From IMG/VR virus record IMGVR_UViG_3300035670_000086, positions 1 to 64,000 of that record: a stretch of 64,000 nt of DNA. One strand, given 5' to 3'. Position numbers and translations under genes: made by a program. The notes beneath the pieces were generated by a model. That model was not told the DNA's origin. It saw only the letters and a list, made by a program, of their open reading frames with translations, and did not search any database. Within the stretch, counting starts at the first letter, position 1. Every line of letters begins with the position of its first letter. Source of the DNA: a virus. Below are positions 53,322 through 63,600 of the stretch, one piece after another.

Positions 53322-53704
53322 TTGTGTTCCTTGTATTTTAAAAACTTCTTGGATCTTTGCTTACCATGTTTTTTCATGGTGCGAACTGAATAACCTTTGA
53401 TTTCGCTAAATGGAGTTCCAGCAGCAAAACCTTTAGCAACTTTTTCTGATTGTTGAACGCTCTTCTTACCCCATGTAGGACGGGTAACTACATATAATCT
53501 ATCACTAGCAGTTGTGGAAAAGATTGTTCCAAAGTCTAAAACACCCAATGCTTTAGAAATTGAAGGGAATACTCTAACTCTTGATTTTCTAGCTTTTACT
53601 CGTTCTCTACTTGCGCCTTCTTTGGATGCAAATACATTCCTACCAGAACGGCTACCCTGTCCAGATTCAAATCTAGAATCAATAATTAGTTGTAATATTC
53701 TCAT
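53318..53704 (-). CDS. basic hypothetical protein in head cluster
   Basis: ORF, ATGA-coupled on both sides. Confidence 0.7.
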   Translation of the reverse strand: MRILQLIIDSRFESGQGSRSGRNVFASKEGASRERVKARKSRVRVFPSISKALGVLDFGTIFSTTASDRLYVVTRPTWGKKSVQQSEKVAKGFAAGTPFSEIKGYSVRTMKKHGKQRSKKFLKYKEHK

Positions 53705-53856
53705 TTCATTCCCTGTTTCTTTTTAACATCCATTACACAGCGTTCGTATTTATCTTTATCTCCTCTACCAACAGAAGCAGTGCATACCGCCCAAGGATTT
53801 ACTTTTTTACCCTTTTTAGCTTCTGTCAATAGATTAAAGATTTTTTTGTAAATCAT
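53701..53856 (-). CDS. putative internal head protein
   Basis: MIYKKIFNLLTEA leader; NPWAVCTASVGR..KDKYERCV module. Confidence 0.68.
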   Translation of the reverse strand: MIYKKIFNLLTEAKKGKKVNPWAVCTASVGRGDKDKYERCVMDVKKKQGMK

Positions 53857-53857
53857 G

Positions 53858-54259
53858 TTAGTAGGTCCAACTCTTTTTTTTCTTTTTCTTCTTTTTACCG
53901 GGGCCTGCCATGTTAACACCAATCATCCCACAAGAAGTCATCTCCTGAATCAACCCTCTAGCTTGAACTAGAACTTGTTCAAATTCAGTTATTAGTTGTT
54001 CAGGAGATTTAGTCTTAGTTCTTTCCTCTACCCTCTTAGATTCTTGTACAGGTCTAGCTACAGCCTTCTTTTTTATTCCAAAGGATCTAGCAAATATATC
54101 TGTGACCGTAGCTTCATCTACTTGAATCTTAGAGAGATCAGGACCATCAGGAGTTGGGATTGATACAGGCAATCCATTAGATGTACTTCTTTTGTACTCA
54201 TTTTTGTTTTGCTCAATGAGTGACATTGCAAAGTCACCTATAGATTTAATATTGCTCAT
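53858..54259 (-). CDS. hypothetical protein with poly-Lys tail
   Basis: LIQEMTSCGMIG...K9 C-terminus. Confidence 0.7.
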   Translation of the reverse strand: MSNIKSIGDFAMSLIEQNKNEYKRSTSNGLPVSIPTPDGPDLSKIQVDEATVTDIFARSFGIKKKAVARPVQESKRVEERTKTKSPEQLITEFEQVLVQARGLIQEMTSCGMIGVNMAGPGKKKKKKKKSWTY

Positions 54260-54262
54260 ATG

Positions 54263-54748
54263 TTATTGTTTAATTATTTTTTTTGGCTTCTTTACTGGTG
54301 GCTGTGTTTTTTCTACTGGTAGTTTTGTAGACCCTTTTCTTCTAGCCATTTGTTCTTGGTGTTGTCTATAATCATCTCTATCCCAACCACCCGTAGTATA
54401 ATATTCATTTTCTTCCTCCATCAAAGAACGAAGAATAGGATCAGCTATAGCTAAGAAAGCCTCTTCTGAGATTAGTTCATCTTGATAAGCCTCTTTGATA
54501 AGGTTTAAAATGTTTGCTATCTCAGTAGATGCATTTACTTTTTTTCCGGCTTTTTGCTTGTGGTCATGGTCGTAACAATTGGCTGATCCCACAGGTGATT
54601 TTTGACCACCCTTTCCTTCATGATGAGTAGGGATCATTGCTTTACCTTTACCCTTACCTTTACCCTTACCTTTACCGGATTTTTTCTTAGCCGTTTTAGC
54701 TTTCTTAGCTTCGTTAATTGAAGCAAATATACGATTTAGTGAATCCAT
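54263..54748 (-). CDS. putative internal head protein
   Basis: MDSLNRIFASINEA leader; GK repeats (6-nt tandem repeat near 54641-54676); AAGG SD. Confidence 0.7.
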   Translation of the reverse strand: MDSLNRIFASINEAKKAKTAKKKSGKGKGKGKGKGKAMIPTHHEGKGGQKSPVGSANCYDHDHKQKAGKKVNASTEIANILNLIKEAYQDELISEEAFLAIADPILRSLMEEENEYYTTGGWDRDDYRQHQEQMARRKGSTKLPVEKTQPPVKKPKKIIKQ

Positions 54749-54797
54749 AGTTACACCTTTCTTGCTAACAGCAAGTTTAATAGATGTGAGTTTAGAC

Positions 54798-55217
54798 TCA
54801 CTTATACTTCATACCTTTTTTGCCCATTTTACCCTTTGCTTTTTTTAGCTGATGTGGCATTTTACCTTCTTCGATTTGTTCATCTTCATCGTCGAAGTCT
54901 TCTTCATCATCTTCGTCTTCTGATTCGTCTTCTTCATAGAGTTCTTCACCGTCTTCTTCTTCCTCTTCTTCATTGAGGGTAGCAGCATTAACTGCTTCGA
55001 GAACATTAGCTGTGTGCTCCATTAGGGCCTCGTCGCTAATAGCCTCGTCTAGGTGTGAAGAGCAGAGGGGGCATACATGAGCTTCCTCTTCTACTTCTTC
55101 GGTTGACTCGTCTATTTTCTGGTCTTGTGTTTTGTTAACCTTTAGACCAAAATCTGACCAAGCGGCGTTCTCAAGAATAATCTTCATTGCATCATCTGAT
55201 ATATTTAAGTGCTTCAT
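54798..55217 (-). CDS. highly acidic prohead-core-like protein (gp67/gp68 analogue)
   Basis: Long E/D tract, HVCPLC, first gene after a late promoter in the head cluster. Confidence 0.55.
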   Translation of the reverse strand: MKHLNISDDAMKIILENAAWSDFGLKVNKTQDQKIDESTEEVEEEAHVCPLCSSHLDEAISDEALMEHTANVLEAVNAATLNEEEEEEDGEELYEEDESEDEDDEEDFDDEDEQIEEGKMPHQLKKAKGKMGKKGMKYK

Positions 55218-55254
55218 AATTTTAAATCCTTTGTGGGAATAAGTTCCCTATTGT

Positions 55255-55262
55255 TATTTATA
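55255..55262 (-). promoter_or_regulatory. late promoter TATAAATA
   Basis: Exact T4 late consensus, intergenic, upstream of the head cluster. Confidence 0.65.
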
Positions 55263-55299
55263 CTACTTTAAAACAAGTAGAATATTTTTATTAATTTTT

Positions 55300-55590
55300 T
55301 TAATTAGCAAAGACATCTGGGGATCCAATTCCTGCAATATCTCCACATTGAACTAAATCCCCTGTTCTATGGACCCCTTTATTGTTAACAAGGACAGTAG
55401 AACTTCCTGTAGCAGCGGGACCCATAACATGGGTATCGTCACCACAAGTGTGAGTTTGAGAATAATTATCCCCAATCCTGACCACAGGTTTATTATTAAC
55501 GAAGACATCTGGACTGCCTATTAAACAAAGTTTAGGCCCATAACAATGTCCTACCGAAAGATCTGTATTTGCTCTAAATATTTGGGGCAT
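55300..55590 (-). CDS. PAAR-repeat spike tip (T4 gp5.4-like)
   Basis: GH, GSPDVFVNNKPVVRIGD, H..C..H, GSSTVLVN, RTGD..CG, GSPDVF. Confidence 0.92.
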   Translation of the reverse strand: MPQIFRANTDLSVGHCYGPKLCLIGSPDVFVNNKPVVRIGDNYSQTHTCGDDTHVMGPAATGSSTVLVNNKGVHRTGDLVQCGDIAGIGSPDVFAN

Positions 55591-58363
55591 TTCGAATATT
55601 ATTAATAATTGCTGGGCTTGTTGTATTTATTTCAACTGGAACGACCTTAGCGGCATCAGGAACACCCTGAATTGTCACTGGTCTAAATCCTAGTAATCGT
55701 GTTTCTTTACGGAATATATCGTTTCGAGTGTGTAGTAATTTAACTCCGGTCTTTTCTCCGAGTCGTAACTTATCTATCATAGTCTTAGAAATTCCTATCT
55801 TAAATGTCTTATATTGTTCTATAGTTAATCTAATGAACAAATCAGACCAAGAAACTCCCTCGTCTATGACATAGTTATTATTTATTGCACTAGCAGTTTC
55901 TACTGCGGCTCTAAATCCGTGTTTTCTTCTTGGTAAAGGCTCTTGATTTTCTTTAAACCCTAAAGATAATAATCCGGCTCTACCAGTAAATGTTCCTTGC
56001 TTTCCATTAACATTTAACTCGTCATTAACATCGGTATTTGGGTAAGTGTCTTCGATTTTAATCCAATGCTGATCCAAGCCAGTTTTATTATATCTGGGGT
56101 CTGGAGATGCTGTAAAAAGCATTCTACGCTTGTTCCATTCTATCAGCCTAGAATAGCCATTAAAGAAGTTTAAATTATATTTATTAGTGGGCAATATAAT
56201 TATAAGTTCAGGGATCTTTCTAACAAATAATTGCTCCCCTGCTTTAGTTCCAAATTGGTGTAAACTAAAATTGGTAAACTCAAATTCGTATGTGCTGCTA
56301 GATGTAAAATGACCTAAGATAGGATCATTATGATTTACAGTGAAAACCTTCCAAGGATACAATCTGTACTTAACTGCGTTTCTAATATTAGTCGCGTTAG
56401 TTTCTATTGTATATTGAACCTTTGTTTTTCTAGTAAATATGCTATCTGAATCAGGAAGATCCTCTATTGACTCCCTGTCAATTTTTAAAACATAATACTT
56501 AGATCTTTCCCCAGATAGACTATAGTTAATTTCTAAGTCATTTGCAGAGGGGGAAGTTACCGTAAACACTGTTTGCCACTTAGATCCTACATCGTGTAGC
56601 GTAGCAAATTCCACATCATTTTGTAATGTAACTGCTCGGTTAATATCACTATAAGATCCAACATAATCCAAAGAATTGTTTGTTAGTGTTACGCAAACAG
56701 AGTAATCTATTCTATCTACAGGAACAGTAATACTAGATCCAGCAGATGTTGTTACTTGGATAGTGTCGGTGTCCTGAATGTATATTGGGTAGTCCGTACC
56801 ACTAGCAGTAACTAAAATCCTACGGTTTATATCGGTAGGCAAAATGTACCATAGTTTTAGTAATTCTTTATTTTGATCAGCATAGTTATCTGGATCTAGT
56901 GATTTTACATTTTGTAAAGCGCGTACTACACCTCTAGTTTGATTTGGTGCAGTATCTATTACTACGGGTTGAGTAGTTATTCTTTGTTTTTGATCAGTTC
57001 TGATTTTTTTCAATTCGCTTTTAGAAACACCGAATTGAGATTTTAAGAGTTGTAAAGAACGAGCATTTTCGTTATTTTGTTGTACTGCTCTTTCTTTTAA
57101 ATCACTAATATAACCAACATCTATTTCATTTATCGTATTCTCTAGTAAGTGCTTCTTTATTCCTTTAGCTATTTTCGACTCAGGAATAGGTCTACCATCT
57201 GGGTAAGTTAAATTAAATAAAATATCTCGTAAATCTTTTTTAACTGATTGTTTTATGTTATTTAAAGATAAACTAGCAATATCAACATTCAAAGCACTAA
57301 GCACAGATTGAGAACTTGCTATTAAATTTTGAACTCTTATATCCCGCTGTTCTCCGAAGAAATCACTGTAGATGGAAGATCTAACAAAATTAACTACATT
57401 AGATGGTTTTGTAATAATCGTATATGTCGGATCACCAAAAGAGTATCCTGTAGGCACTCGACTGTCTAATATTCTAGGATCATACTGATACCCGGGTAAG
57501 TTATCTCCATATTGATTGGTTGGGATAGTTACCTCTTGAGTTTCAGTTTGCACAACAACAGAAGGCTCCGTTGTGACAACAGATCCCCCAGTCCCAAGAC
57601 CCCCAGTGCCTCCAGTCCCACCGCCACCACCTGTCTGAGGCTCATCTGGATTTATAATTTCTGTGCAAGTGTTAGGAATTAAGGTTAATGTAAATCCTGT
57701 ACATGGTGGATTTATAGAAGCACAATCTGCGAATTCTCCTACTCCGGGTAATGGAGGGTTTGGAGTAGTATATGTATAAACTCTAGGTAGACAATTTTTT
57801 ACTGATTTTATACATCTACAATCAGTCTCCTCTGGTACAGTCTCATCAAATTGTCCTCCCCCTATGGAGATACAAGGAACTATTGTGTTTACAGTTTCAC
57901 AGTAGTAAAAAGTAATAGATCCACCCTCACCATCTGGAGGGTTAGTATCATCAACACAATTTGCCTGACAATCAGTTATACTCGCATAAGTTAATTCCCC
58001 AGCTACGACATCGCGCTGACGAATGTATAAACATTCAAATTGTCCTGTAATTGCGTTTCGCCTACAAACTATGACTGGGAAACATTCATATTCACATTCG
58101 TCTTTTGTAGTATGTGTACTTATTGCTCCAGCGGGAACGGCATTTAAACTATATTCTTTACAAGTTCTGCTTGTTGGTCCTGCTTCAGCATCGGTGCTTT
58201 CACATACCCAAACCGTAGGAATAGGATCTACAGGATCACCTGTATTATCATCACCATCATCATCAGATTGATCTAAACTTCCTCCATCAATAGCGTCAAC
58301 AGGAATCGGTAAAAGTCCCGGATTCCCTAATTCACAAGGAAGTCTATTAAGATCAACTGTCAT
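55574..58363 (-). CDS. large virion/baseplate-associated protein with Cys-rich N-terminus
   Basis: 929 aa in tail cluster; Cys cluster in first 235 aa followed by a Gly linker. Confidence 0.65.
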   Translation of the reverse strand: MTVDLNRLPCELGNPGLLPIPVDAIDGGSLDQSDDDGDDNTGDPVDPIPTVWVCESTDAEAGPTSRTCKEYSLNAVPAGAISTHTTKDECEYECFPVIVCRRNAITGQFECLYIRQRDVVAGELTYASITDCQANCVDDTNPPDGEGGSITFYYCETVNTIVPCISIGGGQFDETVPEETDCRCIKSVKNCLPRVYTYTTPNPPLPGVGEFADCASINPPCTGFTLTLIPNTCTEIINPDEPQTGGGGGTGGTGGLGTGGSVVTTEPSVVVQTETQEVTIPTNQYGDNLPGYQYDPRILDSRVPTGYSFGDPTYTIITKPSNVVNFVRSSIYSDFFGEQRDIRVQNLIASSQSVLSALNVDIASLSLNNIKQSVKKDLRDILFNLTYPDGRPIPESKIAKGIKKHLLENTINEIDVGYISDLKERAVQQNNENARSLQLLKSQFGVSKSELKKIRTDQKQRITTQPVVIDTAPNQTRGVVRALQNVKSLDPDNYADQNKELLKLWYILPTDINRRILVTASGTDYPIYIQDTDTIQVTTSAGSSITVPVDRIDYSVCVTLTNNSLDYVGSYSDINRAVTLQNDVEFATLHDVGSKWQTVFTVTSPSANDLEINYSLSGERSKYYVLKIDRESIEDLPDSDSIFTRKTKVQYTIETNATNIRNAVKYRLYPWKVFTVNHNDPILGHFTSSSTYEFEFTNFSLHQFGTKAGEQLFVRKIPELIIILPTNKYNLNFFNGYSRLIEWNKRRMLFTASPDPRYNKTGLDQHWIKIEDTYPNTDVNDELNVNGKQGTFTGRAGLLSLGFKENQEPLPRRKHGFRAAVETASAINNNYVIDEGVSWSDLFIRLTIEQYKTFKIGISKTMIDKLRLGEKTGVKLLHTRNDIFRKETRLLGFRPVTIQGVPDAAKVVPVEINTTSPAIINNIRNAPNI

Positions 58364-60615
58364 CTGAGTTGAATAGTGGGAGTGTTATCTTGAGGTAATC
58401 TACTGCTGTACGCTTGTGATGGATATCCTACAACTTCAAAAGCTACAGTAGGATAAACACATTTTACAATTACAGGGTTTTTGTTTCTGTGTGCAGATTC
58501 ACTTATCGAATTTATAGTGTAATCTAAAACATCGTATCCATTATTGTTTGTTGGGTACGGTATTTTTGTACTAAATGTAAAGAAAGCTAATCCAGCACTA
58601 GAATTTCTATTTTTTCTAGGATTTAAATTTTGATTAATATTATCCTGACTAAAAATAGAATTCGGGTTAAACACCGTATCACTCGAAGTAGGGTTAGAAA
58701 GATTAGCTGGTGCGACACAATAAATTATAAAATGATCAGGGAATTTTTCATAATACAAACCTTGTGTGTAAGAATATAGAGAATCTCCCTCAAAACCAGT
58801 AGGTAGAGTTGTGTCTGAACCTGCTTGAACACAATTTTTATATGACAGCTTTACCTCATAATCTGCCATCCAAGGGACTTGAGTTCTATCTATATTAATT
58901 CGTTTTTTCAAAAATAACATTCCACGCAATCTATTTCTGATTTGTAAATTATAGTTATTATTTATTACTGTAGGATCAAAGAAGGAGAAATTAATTCTAT
59001 CTCCAACCCTAGTTCCGGGATCTACAAGGTTAGCTGTAGTTGTTGGTGGTTCTGAAGTCCACCAATCAGCTAAATCCCAGTCTGGTAATGCAGGAACAGT
59101 GTCATCAGTAAACACATTTTCAGTAATTCCTAAGGATGAGAGTGTGGCGTTAATTGCTCCTTCTGGACCAAAGTTTAACCCTCCCCAAATGTTCCCTCCA
59201 GCTACAGTTCTAGCAGGGTTATTACCTTGTGTGATTGTACCGTTTAGTCTAGAAATTTCTGCATCAATATAACCCTTTAATTTTGATGCTTCCGCATCTA
59301 TAGCATATTGAGTTGCTACAGGGTTAGCTAGTGAAGGTGATGGTAATGCAGCAGCTAAACCAGCACGCTCATTGTAAGTTAACTCTGCTGTTCTAAAGAA
59401 TGGACGGATATCCAAAATATCAGACTCAGTTAGAACTATATTACCTAAAGAGTTGACTGTGCCTGTTTTTCTGACAACAACATAAGCTAATGGGAGTATT
59501 GATTGACCAATTAGTTGAGCATCAGTTTCAGATAGTCTCTCAGAGATTACAGGAGCTAAGTTCATCAAATCATCCGGGCTAGGGAATGATCCATGGACAT
59601 TAATTGATGTAGCTTGGAATCCATTTGTGGTTATGGATGCATCTTTGTAATCTGCTAAAATTTGAGTGTTTCCAGCAACATCGCGTGCGGGGGAGACGGA
59701 ATATGTTGTGGGAGATATACCTACGCCTGCACCACGCACGATACCTAAAACTGGTTTAGTTATTGTTACGGGTTGACCACCAGACCACTTTTGTATTGTT
59801 GTTGATGAAACATCAACAGGTTTGCTGTAAACAAACAATAGGTCGATTCTAACTGATGCGTTAGGAATTAATTGCTTCTCGCCAGCAGCAGTTATTGTAA
59901 AGAAATCATTCTCATCAAAATTAGGTATTTGAATGGATAACTCTTCTGGAACATCGACAATTGCAGTTCTAGCTACGCCTCTAAATTGTTTTACAAACTC
60001 AGCACCTAATCTTGGTAACTCATATCCTGCACCGTATGCTTGAGTAAATGTTGCGAAGAAATCAAAATTATTCAATAAAGGCCACTTGGAAGAAGCATTT
60101 ACTAATCCTATTGATGGTAAAGAATTTTGAATGCTTGAATCACCAACCAAATCTGTATCAAATACAGGCCAAGTAAGGACTCTTTCTACAAGACCATTTA
60201 AAGAAAGAGCATTAGTTGTTGTTGCTGATTGTAGGCTAGAAACAAATGATTGAGCAAGGGTTAAACCACTAGGATTGTTATATTGCTCGAATTGACCTGC
60301 TTCCAATCCAGTTAGTAAAGAAAGTTTTTGTAACGGATTTTTGTTGTATGCATCATTAATTCTAGCAGTAAAGCGTCCGGGTTTAACCTTTACAATATTT
60401 GTATTTCCCTCTACATAAGGACGCAATTCATTAATCTCATTACGATCTATACCATCTGCTGCTGGGTTTGATGCTATTTGATCTTTGAGCCACAAACAGT
60501 TTTCTTGCAACTGTTTTAGTGGTATATTATCCACTTCCCAGTAGTAAGGATCATTCTCCTTAAAATATCTTACAGGATCAGTAAAAACATAATTAGATTC
60601 TTTAAAACCAGCCAT
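58360..60615 (-). CDS. tail/baseplate fibre-associated structural protein
   Basis: N-terminal YYWEVDNIPLKQLQEN resembles the N-terminus of 60615..63869. Confidence 0.65.
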   Translation of the reverse strand: MAGFKESNYVFTDPVRYFKENDPYYWEVDNIPLKQLQENCLWLKDQIASNPAADGIDRNEINELRPYVEGNTNIVKVKPGRFTARINDAYNKNPLQKLSLLTGLEAGQFEQYNNPSGLTLAQSFVSSLQSATTTNALSLNGLVERVLTWPVFDTDLVGDSSIQNSLPSIGLVNASSKWPLLNNFDFFATFTQAYGAGYELPRLGAEFVKQFRGVARTAIVDVPEELSIQIPNFDENDFFTITAAGEKQLIPNASVRIDLLFVYSKPVDVSSTTIQKWSGGQPVTITKPVLGIVRGAGVGISPTTYSVSPARDVAGNTQILADYKDASITTNGFQATSINVHGSFPSPDDLMNLAPVISERLSETDAQLIGQSILPLAYVVVRKTGTVNSLGNIVLTESDILDIRPFFRTAELTYNERAGLAAALPSPSLANPVATQYAIDAEASKLKGYIDAEISRLNGTITQGNNPARTVAGGNIWGGLNFGPEGAINATLSSLGITENVFTDDTVPALPDWDLADWWTSEPPTTTANLVDPGTRVGDRINFSFFDPTVINNNYNLQIRNRLRGMLFLKKRINIDRTQVPWMADYEVKLSYKNCVQAGSDTTLPTGFEGDSLYSYTQGLYYEKFPDHFIIYCVAPANLSNPTSSDTVFNPNSIFSQDNINQNLNPRKNRNSSAGLAFFTFSTKIPYPTNNNGYDVLDYTINSISESAHRNKNPVIVKCVYPTVAFEVVGYPSQAYSSRLPQDNTPTIQLR

Positions 60616-63600
60616 TAGTCATCTCTCCTTAGATCAAATATTTCAGCAGATTTAAATCCTTTACCGTAGCCAGCAACATTAGAATCATATCCTTGTCCAC
60701 CAGCAGTAGAGGTAGATCTATAGATGGTAACTAATGCATGCCGTCCAGACTTTGCTATTGCATTGTGTTTTGCATTAGCAAAAGAATCAGCAGCGGACTC
60801 ATCCAATCGTATTCTATTTTTGTAACTAGCATCTACCATGGCTGAAACATAGTAGAACGCAGATGTGGATATACCGCTGTAAATTGCATCAAATGCTGAT
60901 GCTCCAATTAAGTTTCCTGATGGGTTGTATCCTTGAGCCAGCATTTGATAGGGAGCACCGTAGAAAGCTGCTTGGTCTGCTCCAGTTCCGCTAACATAAC
61001 CAAGCATCTTAGCTTGTGAATGTGGTGAGAAATACAATCTAAATGGTCCGTAATTTGTACCTGCTCTAGATGAAGACACCCCATAGAAATCTAAAACACT
61101 CAAAGTGCTAGTGTCTGGAGTAGAGGATGGTGCTCCTGATGCTGGAACACCCGCACCACTTAAATAAACTGCGCTAGGGCCATAATATCCAGCCAAACTT
61201 GGATACATTCCACTAACAGATAGGTAAGCTGCTTCCAACTCAGAGTTTTGACAGATGTTCCAAATTCGCAACAGTTCACAGTTTCCAGATGATGAATCAT
61301 AGAATGCAGATGAAGTGTTGTACCATCCAGCAGCAAAGTTAACATTTAGAGCTTTTACTTTACTACCATTTTGAGCTTTAACACAAATTCCACCTTTAGA
61401 GTAGTTAGCAATATTTGTTGCGGAGTTTGCGTCTTTGTATGAAGTTAAGAAGTAACCGGGGTTTGTTTCTGTATATACATACGAGCCTATTGCTGCTGGG
61501 ACTAAGTTTGTACCAGTTAACAAGTTATCATCTTGTGGGTTGGGATAGAACTGAACATACCCACCACTAGTGTAATAAGTTGTATTGTACACATCAGAAT
61601 TATTGTAGTCTTGACTAGGTAAAACCGTTGCTCCCCATTGAGTAGCGTAATCTCCAATATCCTCCATGTTAATCACAGAGTTTTTATCTGCAACTAAGCA
61701 AGATTTAATTGCATGTAATTCTACTCTTGTATGATTCTGATTATCACTTAAATTCCAACCAGAAACATCTAATGTATTATTATCTCTCTTATGAGGTCCA
61801 AAGTTTACGACTGAGTTATCTTCAGCTAAAACATCTACAGCCCCTTGTGCAATTAAAGTATTTCCGTTGAATGTAGCCGCTGAGTTTTTAGATACATAAA
61901 CAATTGCTGCCTTTTTCTGTGCAGCTAAAGTTTGAGGTCCAACTAACATAGTGGGGCCTGTGTTAGGTGATACACCTCCTGAACCACGCAAAACAACTTT
62001 ACTGTTATCAGATATGGATAAGCATGCACCGAACAAAGGTTGGGCATACACACTAGTTGTTTGATAAGTTTTAATTTCGGGATGTATTAATTCTGCGCGT
62101 GAGCTATTCTTTATTTCTATAGCGGGTAATCTTCCCTTTGTACCACTTACATCGTAAGATCCAAAAGAATCTATGGCAAGAATATTACCTACCTTTGAAG
62201 GCATTGATGTTGCATATGGATATCTCAAAATGGAATGGTTTAGAACCATGTGTTGACCATTTCGATAGAATGTAAATTGCTTGTAAGTTTTACCTATCTG
62301 ACTGTTTTCATATGATGTAGTCACGCTAGGTCTAATTAAATCTGGATTGAAAACAATATCACAATTATTAGCTTCAAATCCGATCTCTTGATTGTTTTCT
62401 ATGGTTAGTAGTGGGAAGTTCAATTTAGAATTATTAGCAACTATACCGTTGTAATTATTAATAATTTCCAAGCCACCTTGATGGTCAAAGATAGAATTAG
62501 TTACTTCCAAACCCACTCTCTTATTGTACAAAGATTGGATCATGGTGGGGCCATCAGTCACAGAGAATGCTGTAGTTATCTTGTTGCCACCTACTATTTT
62601 GGAATTATTTAATTGAATACCTACATCATTAAATGCAAACTGAGATATTAGATCCACACCCGAATACTGCACATATGCTGTGCTTACAGGTACAAAGTTT
62701 ATTAAACTGTTTTCTGCATATAAACCAATTCCATTTGAATTCGCAGATCTATCTGAAGTTGAGGATATTTCGTAGTTTCTTGCAGCTACGATGGCTCTAC
62801 GAACATCTACATTAGAATTAATTATTTTAAATCCATGCTTCTTGCAACGCATGGACATTACATTCTCTAGAACAACATCAGAGTTTACTATATTGAATCC
62901 TGAGTCAATACTTTGTGTAATAGTTCCTGTTGTGTCTAATGACCCATCAACCAAGAATCCACGAATAAATATTGGGCCATCACAATTACTAACTTTTACA
63001 TTAGATAAGAAATTACCAAATGCTAAAACTGCAACATTAGATTGGTCTTGTATTGCTGTTCTTGCTATTGCTGCTCCTGAGATTGTATCCGTTACTGCTA
63101 CATCATATGCAGTGATAGTTGGGTCTTCAGTATTGCCATACTCTGCAATAGCGAACTTATTTGTTGCTATTGATTGATCAAATTGAGTATCTTTAAAACT
63201 TAGTATAGGTTTTTTAGTTAGTAGTGATGTTGCTCCGTAAGCGTAATTTACAACCCATGAACGGTTGTTTGAATTTAGTCTTGCATCTGTGGTAGCACTC
63301 AAAACTACTGAACTTATGGCAAGAGCAGATGCATTATGGAACATTTCCTTTATCATCAAGGAGCTTACGGATGGATCGCTACTGATGTACAATGCAGATG
63401 GGGCTGCGGCAGAACCAAATTTAGATCTTGCAAAAACTCGGTTAACTATTTCTAGACCTGCGCCCGGACAGGAATCATCTATTTTTATATTATTTAAATT
63501 AAGTTCACCTAAGTTTCCAAAACTTGCTACTTCAATTATAATCGGATAAGTAATTGGATTAGGGAGTACATTTATAACTGAACTTAAATCTCTAAAAACT

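Noticed and set aside
54641-54960. Short tandem repeats (TTTACC/CTTACC; TCTTCA-like) as regulatory or contingency loci
   Set aside because: They are in-frame codon repeats for GK and E/D tracts with synonymous variation.
37771-55217. Absence of portal and terminase from the head/tail cluster as a biological loss
   Set aside because: The window is only part of a large genome; these genes are probably outside it.
588-63549. Plus-strand ORFs of the track other than 33291..33698 and 34478..35017, and nested minus-strand ORFs such as 13752, 24334, 25080, 28745, 30916, 33302 and 61160
   Set aside because: They lie antisense to or out of frame within well-supported genes and lack start signals or recognisable motifs; treated as shadow ORFs.
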